DNA of 28,834 nucleotides from the NCBI RefSeq assembly GCF_004010195.1, contig NC_057717.1, positions 105,336,696 through 105,365,529 of the forward strand, read 5' to 3'. The notes below the pieces were generated by a model that did not search any database, was not told where the DNA came from, and saw only the letters and a program-made list of their open reading frames with translations. This document shows positions 11,940 to 23,203 of the stretch, in pieces. The stretch comes from Chiloscyllium plagiosum. Taxonomy: Eukaryota. The position numbers were made by a program, and so were the translations under genes. Each line of letters opens with the position of its first letter. Position 1 is the stretch's first letter.

Positions 11940-12360
11940 GAAAGGGTTGTTATATGATAAAAGATTGAGCAGGTTAAGCCTCTAGTTATTGGAATTTAGA
12001 AGAATGTGCAGTGATCTTATTGAAACAGATAAGTTCCTGAGGGAACTTGACAGGATAGATCCTGAAATATACATAGGGAGGATTAAAACTTGGGGGCACT
12101 ATTTAAGGGTCTCCCATTTCAGCTGGAGATGAGAAAGAGTTTCTTGTCTAAGGGTGTTCTTAATCTTTGGAATTCACTGCCACAGAGAGCAGAGAAGACT
12201 CAGTCATTGAATATATTGAGGCTGAATTAGACAGATGTTTGATCTACAATGGAGTCAAACGTTATTGGGGTAGACAGGAAAGTGGTATTGAAGTCAGATC
12301 TTTTTAAAGAGCAAAGCAGGTTAGGGGGCTAAATGGCCTTTTTCTACTCCTATATCCCAT
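11940..12360 (+). mobile_element. CR1 3' fragment
   Basis: LEFRRMCSDLIETDKFLRELDR and LWNSLP motifs; tail GGGCTAAATGGCCT...CTACTCCT. Confidence 0.85.
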
Positions 12361-12479
12361 TTACTTCTGGTACTTTTATTTCTGAGTCAAAGTTCTGTGT
12401 TCACATTCCTCTCCAGGACTGGATGCAAATATCAAAGATAACAACCCTGTACAGAATTGGAGGTGTGCTGTACTGGTGG

Positions 12480-13246
12480 CCGGTGGGCCAAGGAATGGCA
12501 GTGGAGTTTAATTCAGATAGATGCATGGTGTTGCATTTTTTTGTAAGATAAACCAGGGCAAGACTTGCACAGTTAATGCTAGGGCCCTGTGGAGTGTTGT
12601 CAAACAAAGGGATCTCAGATTCAGATTCACAGGTCCTTTTAAATGACATCATGGTAGACAGGGTGGTGAAAAAGGTGTTTGGCACACTTCCCTTCATCTA
12701 TTAGAGCGTTGAGTACAGGAGTTGAGATATCATGTTACAGCTGTACAACTAATTGATAAGGCCATATTTGGAGTGCTGGTCACCCTTCTGTTGGAAGCAA
12801 GTTATTAAACTGGAAATGGTGCAAAAAGTTTGACAAAATGTTACTGAGACTGGAAGGTTTGAGTTGTAAAAAGAGGCGACATAGGTTGCAAATGTATTCC
12901 CTGGGATGTAGGAGGCTGAGGGATGACCTTATGGAGGTTTATAAAATCTCATGAAGGGCATAGATAAGGTGAATAGCCAAGGTCTTTAAACCAGAGTTGG
13001 TGAGTTCGAAACCAGAGGCATTAGATTTAAATTGAGAGGGGAAAGATTTAAAAGAGACCTAAGGGACAACATTTTCATGCAGAGGATGGTGCATGTATGG
13101 AAGTGGTAGAGGTGGGTAAAGCTACAACATTTAAAAATCATTTGCTCAGGTACATGAAGGTTTAGAGGGAGGTGGGCCAAATGTAGGCAAATGGGACTGG
13201 TTCGGTTTAGCAGATAAATTGGGCTGAAGGGTCTGTATAACTCTAT
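12480..13246 (+). mobile_element. CR1 3' fragment nested in the Deu SINE
   Basis: VEFNSDRCMVLHF and RRLRDDLMEVYKI motifs; tail GGGCTGAAGGGTCTG...CTCTAT. Confidence 0.9.
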
Positions 13247-13319
13247 GGAGGTGCCGTCATTCAGGTTCAGTCTTAAACCATTACCTTGTCTGCCATTCAG
13301 GTGGGTGTAAAAGGTTCCA

Positions 13320-14072
13320 GAAAAGTATGAGGTACTTGGAGAGAGATAACAAGACAAGGAATTATACAATGAATTGTAGGACCCTGGAAAGTAGTAAAGG
13401 TCAGAGGGACTTGAGTGTGCAAGACAGGTAAATAAGGTGGCTAAGAAGGCATATAGAATACTTGCCTTTATTAGCTGAGGTATAGCATACAAGAGCAAGG
13501 AGGTTATGCTGGAACTTACGAAGTGATATTAGTTAGGCCACAATTAGGGACTTATTCTAGTTCTAGTTTGGAGGGATATGATTGCAGAAGATGGAATGCA
13601 GAGGGCACTTAGCAGGTTGCTGTCTGGGCTGGAGGTCTGAAATATGAGAAAATGTTGGACATGCTGGGACTGTTTTCCCTGGATGAGAAAGGTTAAATGT
13701 GTCCTGATAGAAATGTACTAGATTGATGGGAATAGACAGCATTGAGAGGAAGGAATTATTCTAATTAAGGGTCAATAAGGAGGGGGCATAGATTTAAGGG
13801 CATAGACTAAGAGGAGAGTTGAGGAAAAGAAGTTTTACTCAGAGGATGCTGGGAGTCTGGAAAACACTGTCTGAAACATACTGTTTGAAAGGGTAGTTGA
13901 GTCAGAAACTCTCATAATATTTAAACAGTATTTAGATATTCATGAATTGTTATAGCCTCGAGGGCTACGAGCCAAAAACTGGAAAATGGGATTAGTGTAG
14001 TCAGATCTTTGTCAACCGTGTGTTGACACAATCGGCTGAATGGCCTCTTTCTGTCTTGTAAACATCTATGAG
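13320..14072 (+). mobile_element. CR1 3' fragment (different subfamily) nested in the Deu SINE
   Basis: EKYEVLG, QVNKVAKKAYRILAFI, YKSKEVMLELT and FTQRMLGVW motifs; tail GGCTGAATGGCCTCTTTCTGT. Confidence 0.85.
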
Positions 14073-15707
14073 TTTACTCCTTGGCACTATTCCAAAAAAG
14101 ATCAGGAATTATCTCAAGTGTAATGGATTAACATGTATTCATCAAAGAACATAATTAAAAACTTCTTCATTATCACATTGTTGTTTGTAGGAGTGCATAC
14201 AATGGATGCCATTTTTCCTACATTACAACAGAGACTACACTTTGTAAAGCATCTTATTAGCTGGAAAGTGCTTTGAGACATCCAACTATAATGAAAGATG
14301 GTGCAGTGAAAATCTTTCTTTCTTGTCTCTAGCACATTCTCCTCAAGAACCATAGCTTCTTATAGCCATCTGATCCTTTTAAAATTATTGTAATTTACAG
14401 CCCTCCCAAGACTAATTCTGATTTCCTCACCTTTTTCTTTTCCTTAACCCACATACCAAAGAATTTCTCATTGTTAGTGACCTTGGGATATGTGTAAATT
14501 ATCAAGGTCAATTTTCCTCCATGTACCCTCCAATCCTCAATAACTCTCTCACCAATGAACTGTCCCAACCAGGACACCTTCAACTCAGTGCTCAGAATTT
14601 TATGGGCATCTGAGTGATACAGGCTATGGTGAGATTTGTGGTAGAATAAGACAAGAAGTCCATTGAGGCTCATCTCGACGTCAAGAGCAACCTCTTACAT
14701 TTCATGTTTTTACCTAATGAGGATTAGGCATGTTTCTTGATTGGCAGCAGTGAGATGCCAACTAAACTAGATTAATACTTGCCAAACACCTGTTAACACT
14801 TCAACATGCCTCATTAGCAAACACTCCGAAAAGGCTAGACATCAAAGTAATTTTGACATGGAGTCTGAGCAGGTGACTTCAACTTACCACTGGTTGCAAA
14901 AAGCTTCCTTGTTACTCAGCACCAAACAGCATCGTAGAGCACAATCCCTTGACACCAGCCTCATGCACCGCTCATCCAAGGACATAACATCTGACACACA
15001 TCACACTCCTTATGGCAACTCTCCAATTCACTTGCATGCCATTTGGGAAGCAGAGGATTGCATAGCAGTGCACACTGGCAACAAGCATTGAAAGGGAAAA
15101 TTTGTAAACAGAAACAAGCACTCATGAATTGAACCTGGCTCCACATTAGTGCTGTTTCCCTCCTCTCTTTGAACTTGCTCACTTTGGGCTCTCCTCATCC
15201 CTGCCTTGCGTTGATTTTTCTTGCCTTGTTGTGCCTGTTAGCATTTTGGCACAGAGCCAGAGGCTATCAGTAATGCTCTATTGATAAGTTATTTTGTGCA
15301 GACACACAGAAGGCTGCTTGACAGGGGCAATCTATCCAAAGAAGATGGAACATGTTGTATTACAGAACACCAAGATGTAAATCTAACACCTCTTGTGTGT
15401 TTGGCTAAAAGGCCATGTGGTAAGTGGGTGGGGCTAATCCTCAGTCCAGGCAAGAGGTGGGTCCTAGTATCCTCAGTCAGGTTCAATGTCTGCCATGGTT
15501 CAGGGGCTTGGCTGTGGTCAGTTGACAACTTTGGACACTCACCACCATGTGATCTGTCTGACTATAATCCAGGGAGTGGACACCACTCCATCTGTCGGGC
15601 CAGCAGCAGTCAGGAGAATTGTGTATTATCAGTCAGGGAGCTGCAAAGATCTGCTCCAGCATGTCTAGAGACTGCTTGTCAGAAATAGTCAGAGGTCTGG
15701 GGGTGAG

Positions 15708-15801
15708 TACAGTCAAGATTAGAATGGTGCTGGAAAAGCACAACAGGTCAGGCAGCATCCGAGGAGCAAGAAAATCGAGGAAGGAACTCTTCATCAGGAA
15801 T
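15708..15801 (-). mobile_element. PLE 3' fragment with a partly deleted hammerhead
   Basis: TGGTGCTGGAAAAGCACAACAGGTCAGGCAGCATCC matches 22992-23027; minus-strand ATTCCTGATGAAG at 15789-15801; the GAAA box is missing. Confidence 0.85.
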
Positions 15802-15803
15802 CC

Positions 15804-15911
15804 GGCCATCCATCCATCCATCCCTCCCTCCATCTGTCCATCCTTCCCTCCATCCATCCCTCCATCCATCCATTCCTCCATCCGTCCATTCCTCCCTCCA
15901 TCCCTCCATTC
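15804..15911. repeat. Imperfect (CCAT/CCCT)n microsatellite
   Basis: About 27 tetramer units read directly from the sequence. Confidence 0.95.
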
Positions 15912-16256
15912 ATGAGCAGTGGGGAAATCACTGCCAAGGAGGGGGGATTTGGAGAGGGAGCGTGGTGTCTAGATGGGAGGCAGGGAAAGCAGAGGCATTT
16001 GTGGAGGTCAGAACAAGGATTGTGATGGGAGTGTATGGAATCTCAAGATGTTGAGGGTATATGGAACAGTATGGGGGAGGGGAATTATTGGCAGTGACCC
16101 CCACAGTGGCCTCCACAGGATCAGGGTGGTCGTTATTAAGGTGTAATGTTATGGTTCAGGGCAGGGAGGATAGCTGTTCATGTTGTTCAATCTGATGAGT
16201 CTCCACATTGGGGATTGGGGTTTGGATGGAAATGGTCTGATGGAGGAATGCAAGGT

Positions 16257-16389
16257 AAAAAGCTTCCTTGTTGCTCAGAACCAAACAGCTCAAGCAAAAT
16301 CCCTGGGCACCAGCCACATGCACCACTCATGCAAGGACATGACATCTAACACTCATCACATTCCTCATGGCAACTCTCCAATTCACTTG
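16257..16389 (+). repeat. Dispersed direct copy of 14898-15034
   Basis: AAAAAGCTTCCTTGTT...CAAGGACAT.ACATCT.ACAC...ATGGCAACTCTCCAATTCACTTG occurs at both sites. Confidence 0.9.
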
Positions 16390-18849
16390 GAGGCTGGCTG
16401 GGGAAAGTAGGGGCAGAGTCCCCTGATGACCAAGCAGTGTCCAGTACTGATGGGGTCCACTGCAAGCTGCATTCCCTGCCATCTCTAGCTGTTCTCAAGC
16501 TGTGAAATACATTGGAAAATGGCTGGGGCAGTGCGCAGGGTGGGGTGTGCTCAGTTTCAGTTTGATTGGTGAAAGTACAATGTCCATGTCTGCTGGACAT
16601 TCGAACATTCAAGGGGCAAATACATGAAGCATGTGTTTGTAAACTCCAGTTACATATCATTTCCAAACATTTCTTAACACATGTGTAGAGTAAACGTGCA
16701 GATGGTGAAATGTTCGTCAAAGGCAGATTGCAGAGTGCTACTGATGCTCTGTAAACTCACATTGACATCTCAGTGATGGGGAAGTTAGTGGCAATAACTT
16801 AAAAGGAGACAAATTCTGGTCAAAAGCTCCCCATTATTGGGGGAACTTGGAAGAGTGCTGTGGGACAGGGGAAACATTGCTGCATCATCAGTCAAGTATG
16901 ATGATGGATGTGATGGAAAATGGAATAGCTGAGGTGAGTCTGCAATGGGAAGGGGGTCAGAGTACTGCAGGAATTCTCCCTTTTGGATGTAATGTGTCAA
17001 TCACTCAGCCAGGGTGGCACCTTCACTGATTTGGTGCCCAAGCCATGACCAGCCCCGTGGTGGAGCAGACGATGGAGCTGCTGAAGTTCTGGTTCCAAGG
17101 CTTGGAGCAGTCTTGGAGGGGAGAGGCCCTCCAGTGTAATCCAGGCACAGTGTGCCACCCCATCCTGGTGAGCTGGCCTCTGAATTATTGGATCAGTCAG
17201 TGAGGTGATGGGATAAATGCTGTGAAACCAGGGAATGGGAGCAGGCGTCCCAGGAGAAGGATGAGGACAATCAGCTGTAGGACGCTGTTGGTCATAACAG
17301 AGCTCAGGCACAGCGGGCTGTACAAGGATACTCAGTTCTACCAGGTGCGGGGTGGGTGCAGACAACCATCATGGACTGCCAAGGCTATGATGCCAGCATT
17401 TGGTTTGCATTGTGAATGTGAACTGTAGCCTGTATTGACTTCTTGTGTGTTCTCTTTTGTAGGATGTCAATTAAAGTTCATTTTTGGATTTGTCTGAATG
17501 TTTCTCTGTATGTGATATTCCCCAACTGGACAATGATGTGATGAAGGTGTCCTTTGGATTTTGGGGACACAGTATCAGGAAGTCAGAGAGGGTCTTCAGA
17601 TCGGATGCATACAGGGAAAGGTAAACTGTATGGTCTGGTGGTTAAATGGTGATGAGGGTGAGGGAATGGGATACATGTTTGAGGAAGTGTCAGCTGCTAT
17701 ATGTCTTGGGCAATATGGCTTTATGGCTGCTGTGGCATTATAATGCCAGTAAGGGGCAAAGCAAATTGCAACATTTGTCTGGGTGCACAGTAGCTTCTCA
17801 AAGATAGCTTGGGCATAAGGGATGCTGGTCTTTTGGCAGATATCTGGTGGGTAGTGAGTTGTTCTATGAAGAGCGTGTGGTGAGATGGAGCTGAAATTAG
17901 ACATGGGGCAAGGAGAAATATTACTGGGTCTCATAGCAAAACTTCCTCCAAAAAACCCAACACAACTCACAAGCATTTTCTTTATCTCCCTCTGTATCCA
18001 TAGCATACCACATTTCTCACAAACTCATAACCCTCTTCATCCAATAAACACTCTCCATCCAATAAACACTCTCCTTGTTCCACCTGCTACAACTCTTAAC
18101 TTCATCTTTTCTCAGCCTATTACCACAGAATAACTTATTAACTTCTGTCTTTCCCTTGACAGATTCCTGCAATAGCTAAATTGGAAATAGTTTTTTTTGT
18201 GAGTTTAGAAGTGATGAGGGGGTAGTATGAGAATGGGATTCCCAAAATTAGAGTAGAAACTGCTTAAAGACTCTGGCAGCAATAAGTTAGTGATGGGGTG
18301 TGTTGCAAGATACAAAAACAACTAGAGTATCACATAAAGTTATTACTTCCCCAGCTCTAATTTTAAATTGAGTGAATTATTCCAGTTTCAACTGATTTTG
18401 CTGAGAGCGCTTTGGCCAGGACCTAGAGGCAGCAGTGTTTTCACTCTCAGGAACTCAATTTGCCAAGCCATCCCTCTTCTTACAGTGACAGCTGTAATGA
18501 GTGCTATTAATAAAGAAGCTTACGAACATGGCCATCCGAAATCATCAGCCTTGCTTTTTAAAATTCAAGAGATCATCTAACAGAAACAGAACTTTTCATT
18601 TTTGCAGATGATCTTGTAGATATGTAAATTTACACAGCTTTTGGTTCCAACCCTTGTTTCTTTGGGAATTCTGACTAGGTTCCTGTGAAAATTATTAAAT
18701 TGTTATTTTGAAGAGCTCCTGTCATGGTTTACTGACCATGTCATGTTTATATTTCAATCTCCCTTGTTTCAATATGTGTCAGTTTCGCATTGCTTATTAA
18801 TGATGTTGATTTCCATTCTAATAATATTGTGTGTGTTTTTGTTTTATAG

Positions 18850-18990
18850 ATATGCTGCACAGCATCCCATTTTTGATTTCTTCTTTGTACTGATGTCACA
18901 AATCCATGCTTATGACGAATATCATCTGAAGTTCAATTGTAAGTTTCATAAGCAGTCTGACTTGTACAGGATTCTGGCACATTTGATTAG
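18850..18990 (+). CDS. Candidate exon B of the unidentified host gene (141 nt, phase 2-2; alternative donor after 18938)
   Basis: Acceptor tgtttttgttttatag; reads YAAQHPIFDFFFVLMSQIHAYDEYHLKFNCKFHKQSDLYRILAHLIR; donors T|gtaagt (18938) and AG|gtaaga (18990). Confidence 0.65.
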
Positions 18991-19040
18991 GTAAGATATT
19001 AGCATGGATTGAGGATCAATTAAATAATAGTAAGCTCGGG

Positions 19041-20140
19041 TTCCATGTAGTGGACTGGTTAGTAAGGTTAGATCATGTGAGAGCTGGGGGAACTAGCAAA
19101 TTGAATACAAAATTGGCTTGAAGGTAAGAGACAGAGAGTGGTGGTGGAGGGTTGCTTTTCACTCTGGAGAACTATGACCAGCAGTGTGCCACAAGATTGG
19201 TGATGGGTCCACTGCTTTTTGTCATTTATACAAATGATTTGGATATGAATATAGGAGGTTTGCTTAGTATGTTTGCTGATGACACCAAAATTGGTAGTGT
19301 AGTGAACAGTGAAGAAGATCTCAGAGTACAACATGACCTTAATCAGATGGAGTGGCAGATGGTGTTTAATTTATATAAATATGAAGGGTTGCATTTTGGT
19401 AAGGCAAATCAGGGCAGGATTATGTAGGCCCTGGGGAGTGTTGCCAAACTAAGAGATCTAGGGGTTCCGATGCATAGTTCCTTGAAAGTGGAGTCGCAGG
19501 TAGATCGGGTGGTGAAGAAGGTATTTGGCACGCTTGCCTTCAATGGTCAGAATACTGAGTGTAGGAGTTGGGACATTATGCTGCGGTTGTTCAGGACATT
19601 GGTGAGGCTGCTTTTGGAATACTGTGTACAATACTGGCCACCCCTCTATTGGAAGGATGTTGCTAAATTTGAGAGGATACAAGGATGTTGCCAGGACTGG
19701 AAGGTTTGAGTTATAAGGATAGGCTGATAGGCTGGGACTTTATTCGCTGGAGTATAGAAGATTGAGGGGTGATGTTATAGAGGTTTATAAAATCATGAGG
19801 GCCATGGATAAGGTGAATAATAAAGATTTTTCCCCTCATGTGGATGAGTTCAAAACTATGGAACATATTTTTAAGGTGAGAGGAGAAAAATTTAAAATGG
19901 ACCTGAGAAGCAACGTTTTCACACAGATGATGGTTCTTATGTGGAATGAATTGCCAGAGGAAGTGGTAGGTGCAGATACAACATTTAAAAGATATTTGGA
20001 TAGGTACATGAATAGGAAAGGTTAGAAGCATATTGGCTAAACACAGGCAAGTGGGACTAGTTCAGTTTGGGAAACTTGGTTGGCATGGACAAGTTGGACC
20101 GAAGGGTCTGTTTCCATGCTGTATGGCTATATGACTCTAT
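19041..20140 (+). mobile_element. CR1-clade LINE, 5'-truncated
   Basis: GPLLFVIYTNDLD, MFADDTKIG, LLEYCVQYW motifs; tail CTATATGACTCTAT. Confidence 0.95.
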
Positions 20141-20445
20141 TTCTGTCTGTAGCTCATGAACAGTGTACAAAATGGAAAACTAAGCTGGAAACATTTCCCG
20201 CTAAAAATATATTGAACCCAAACTCTATTTAATTCAGGAAAAAAATGTTTAGGCACAATCTGTAATTGGTGTTCAGACCTCACCACTCAGTTGTCCTTTC
20301 TTTTCTCTTCTGGGAGCAAAGACATTCTACCCCAGCTGAGTTTCACAAGCTTTCAGACCATTCAAAAACTGGCTTTCAAGTGATTAATGTACACATCCAC
20401 TTTCTTCCATGGTTAGGACAGGTCTTGATACTTTTCTTTTGCGTT

Positions 20446-21675
20446 CATAGAACAATACAACACAGGAACGGGCCCTTCGGCCCACCATGTCTGTGCGAAC
20501 GATGATGCCATTTTACACTAATCCCACCTGCTTGCACATGGTCTGTATTCCTCTATTCCCTGCCTGTTCATACATATATCTAAATACCTCTTAAACACTG
20601 CTATTGTCTCTACTTCTACCACCCCCCCAGCACATGTTCCAGGTGCCTACCGCCCTCTGTGTAAAAGACTTTCCACACACATTTCCTTTAAATTTTTTCC
20701 CTCTCACCTTAAACCTATGCCCCTAGTATTTGACATTTACCCCCTGGAAAGCTATAACTATCCATTGTATCCACGCCTCTTGTAATTTTATAAACGTCTA
20801 TCAGGTCACCTGTCAGCCTCTGATGCTCTAGTGAAAATAATCCAAGTTTTTCCAATCTCTTCTGATAGCTAACACACTCCAATCCAGACAACATCTTGGT
20901 AAACCTCTTTTGCTCTCTCCAAAGCCTTTCCTATAACGTGGTGACCAGAACTGCACACAATACTCCACATGTGGCCTGACTAAAGTTTTATACAGCTCCA
21001 ACATGACTTGCGAACTTTTATACTCAATGTCCAACCATGAAGATAAGCATGCGATAAGCCTCCTTATCACCTTATCCACTTGTGTTGCCACTTGCAGGGA
21101 GCTATGGACTTGCACTCCAAAGTCCCTTTGTATATCAAAGCTCCTAATGGTTCTGCTGTTAACTGTATGCTTCCCTTTTGCATTTGATCTCCCTAAATGC
21201 ATCACTTCACATTTGTCCAGGTTAAACGCCATCTGCCAGTTCTCCGCCGACTTTCTGACTAATTTATATCCTGCTGTGTCCTTTGACAACCTTCCTCACT
21301 ATCCAAAACTCCACAAATTTCTATGTCACCTGCAAACGTACTAATCAGACCACCTATATTTTCATCCAAATAGTTTATATATATTACAAACAACATAGGT
21401 CCCATCACTGATCCTTGTGGATTACCACTGGTCACAGACCTCCAGTTAGAAAAGCACTCCACCACAGCTACTGTCCACCTGCTATAACCAAATCAACTTT
21501 GTATCCAACTTACAAACTCACTGTTGACCTGAGTTCATCGTCCGGACTAGCCTACCATGAGGGACCTTGTGAAATGCTTTAATAAAGTCTATGTAGACAA
21601 TAGTCACTGCCCTACCTTCATCAATCATCTTATCACTTCCTCAAAAAACTCAATCAAATTTGTGAAACAAGACTT
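20446..21675 (-). mobile_element. CR1-clade LINE, 5'-truncated
   Basis: Minus-strand SVTSGNPQGSVMGPMLFVIYIN, WQMAFNLDKCEVMHLG, LVRPHVEYCVQFWSP; tail at 20446-20485. Confidence 0.95.
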
Positions 21676-21807
21676 AGCACAACACAGACCATAGATTAAA
21701 CCTATGACTTTCTGCCCTCCTTTGTTTAGTACAATATTGCATTTACACATGAATGTTTAGGCTGTTAATGACATTAGTTCTCTCAGTTCCTTTCATTTGT
21801 TAGTGTT

Positions 21808-22102
21808 ATGGAGTTCAGTTTGAAAAAGTGTGAGGTAATTTACTCTAAACCCAAGAAAAATAACAATGAGTATTTTCTAAGTGTTTAGAAATTAAGATCT
21901 CTGGAGAAGAAGGGAGATCTAAAGGTGCGTGTACAGAAACCAATAAAATCAGATACAAAATTAATTAAAATATCTCAAGGAATATTAGCCATTATGTCTA
22001 TGAGACTCGAGATGGAGAAGGTTCTGGTTAACCTACATCAGGAGAGCAGTTCATTCTGGACATTGCACCTCAGGGTAATGATAGTTGATCTTGGAGGGGT
22101 GC
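21808..22102 (+). mobile_element. Old CR1 internal fragment
   Basis: Reads MEFSLKKCEVIY...GDLKVRV. Confidence 0.6.
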
Positions 22103-22287
22103 CTCTTCATCCCCTGCAGAGTCTGACTCACTATATTGATCTTCTAAAATATTGACATGAGCTGCAAACTAAGTGTTAATATTAATGCTGCAATTGATCT
22201 GTCAACACTGCTTTGTCCATTTCTGACAGCATTTTTAAATGTTAGGTTATTTTGACCTAGTCTTTGAATGTAGTTTTCTTACCTTAG

Positions 22288-22430
22288 GGTGAGTTTCAAC
22301 AAGAGACAATTATTTGCACGAGAACCTGAGTATGAGCTTTGTATGGACAACGCATTAGTTCCTGATCAGTCTTCAACAAGTACAATTACAATAGTGACAG
22401 GAAAACCAATAGAAGAAGTTAGACATGCAG
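22288..22430 (+). CDS. Candidate exon C of the unidentified host gene (3' end uncertain)
   Basis: Acceptor ttttcttaccttag; phase-2 start fits the exon B donor at 18990; reads VSFNKRQLFAREPEYELCMDNALVPDQSSTSTITIVTGKPIEEVRHA; weak donors after 22417, 22430 or 22435, otherwise TGA at 22460-22462. Confidence 0.55.
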
Positions 22431-22983
22431 GTCATGTATTTACTTTTGGCCCATTTCCCTGAGATTTTCTAAAATAGTGCTAAAATGTTTTTCTGATGTA
22501 AGAACATTTTGGATTTATTGACAGTTAAATTCACCCTTTGGTTAAATAATCCTCAATATACTAGAAATCTACAACAAGCAATCACCCTCACTCACTCACA
22601 AGGGCCTAATGAATATTTACAGTGTTATTTGCTGTTGTCTAAACAGTGCACATCATACATCCTTTCACAAAAGGTTTTTCAACCAAAGTACAAGAATGAT
22701 CTTAGATTGTACAGACAATGAAACAGACGATGCTGCATTTGTATACTGCTATGTGTGAGACAAATACAAATCGTTAAAGCACTTGCTCTTGCCAAAGATA
22801 CTTCTAAGTCTTGCAAAAGAAAAGCATGAATATGTCATTGATACATTAATTTATTTTTGTTTCCACACCCTTAATAGTGTGATTTAAAAATTAATTATGT
22901 GATATATTATGGTTTTAATTCAGTGACTAACAAGCAGTTATGGACCCCGACTCAAGAGTAACCACCACTGAACTAGAAATAGA

Positions 22984-23203
22984 GTAACCAGTGGTGCTGG
23001 AAGAGCACAGCAATTCAGGCAGCATCCAACGAGCAGCGAAATCGACGTTTCGGGCAAAAGCCTTTCTTGCTTTTATTCCTGATGAAGGGCTTTTGCCCGA
23101 AACGTCGATTTGGCTGCTCGTTGGATGCTGCCTGAATTGCTGTGCTCTTCCAGCACCACTGATCCAGAATCTGGTTTCCAGCATCTGCAGTTATTGTTTT
23201 TAC
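22984..23203 (+). mobile_element. Young PLE-end insertion with an inverted duplication (fold-back)
   Basis: 78-bp arms 22989-23066 and 23084-23161 (2 mismatches); 11-bp direct repeat CTAGAAATAGA at 22973-22983 and 23204-23214. Confidence 0.92.
23075..23110 (+). ncRNA. Minimal type I hammerhead ribozyme motif, intact core
   Basis: ATTC-CTGATGA-A-GGGC-TTTT-GCCC-GAAA-CG-TC-GATT: perfect stem II, palindromic ACGT in place of stem III, GUC triplet. Confidence 0.8.

Larger units (their letters stand above)
12367..14322 (+). mobile_element. Deu-domain SINE (SacSINE1/AmnSINE1-related) split into three pieces: ~12367-12476, 13247-13319, 14078-14322
   Basis: Pieces are collinear with the remembered Deu consensus: GGAGGTGCCGTC...TTAAACC...TCAGGTGG.TGTAAAAG, TGGCACTATT, CATTATCACATTG.TGTTTGT, CCTACATTACAACAG.GACTACACTT. 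Confidence 0.75.
14592..17480 (+). mobile_element. PIF/Harbinger-like DNA transposon relic, copy 1 (ends uncertain)
   Basis: 17057-17190 reads VVEQTMELLKFWFQGLEQSWRGEALQCNPGTVCHPILVSWPLNYW, resembling the HARBI1-family C-terminal IEQTIGLLKxRFRCLD..G.LQY.P..V..II motif; collinear homology with 24320-27445. Confidence 0.6.

Noticed and set aside
18607..18623. Micro-exon after the strong acceptor ttttcatttttgcag
   Set aside because: Splicing from exon A gives an immediate stop (GGA TGA)
18743..18849. Hydrophobic N-terminus of the 83-aa ORF as a signal or transmembrane peptide
   Set aside because: T-rich intronic sequence and polypyrimidine tract upstream of the exon B acceptor
20357..20411. 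Possible 55-nt exon bridging the 18938 donor to exon C
   Set aside because: Phases fit but acceptor and donor are weak; not supportable from sequence alone
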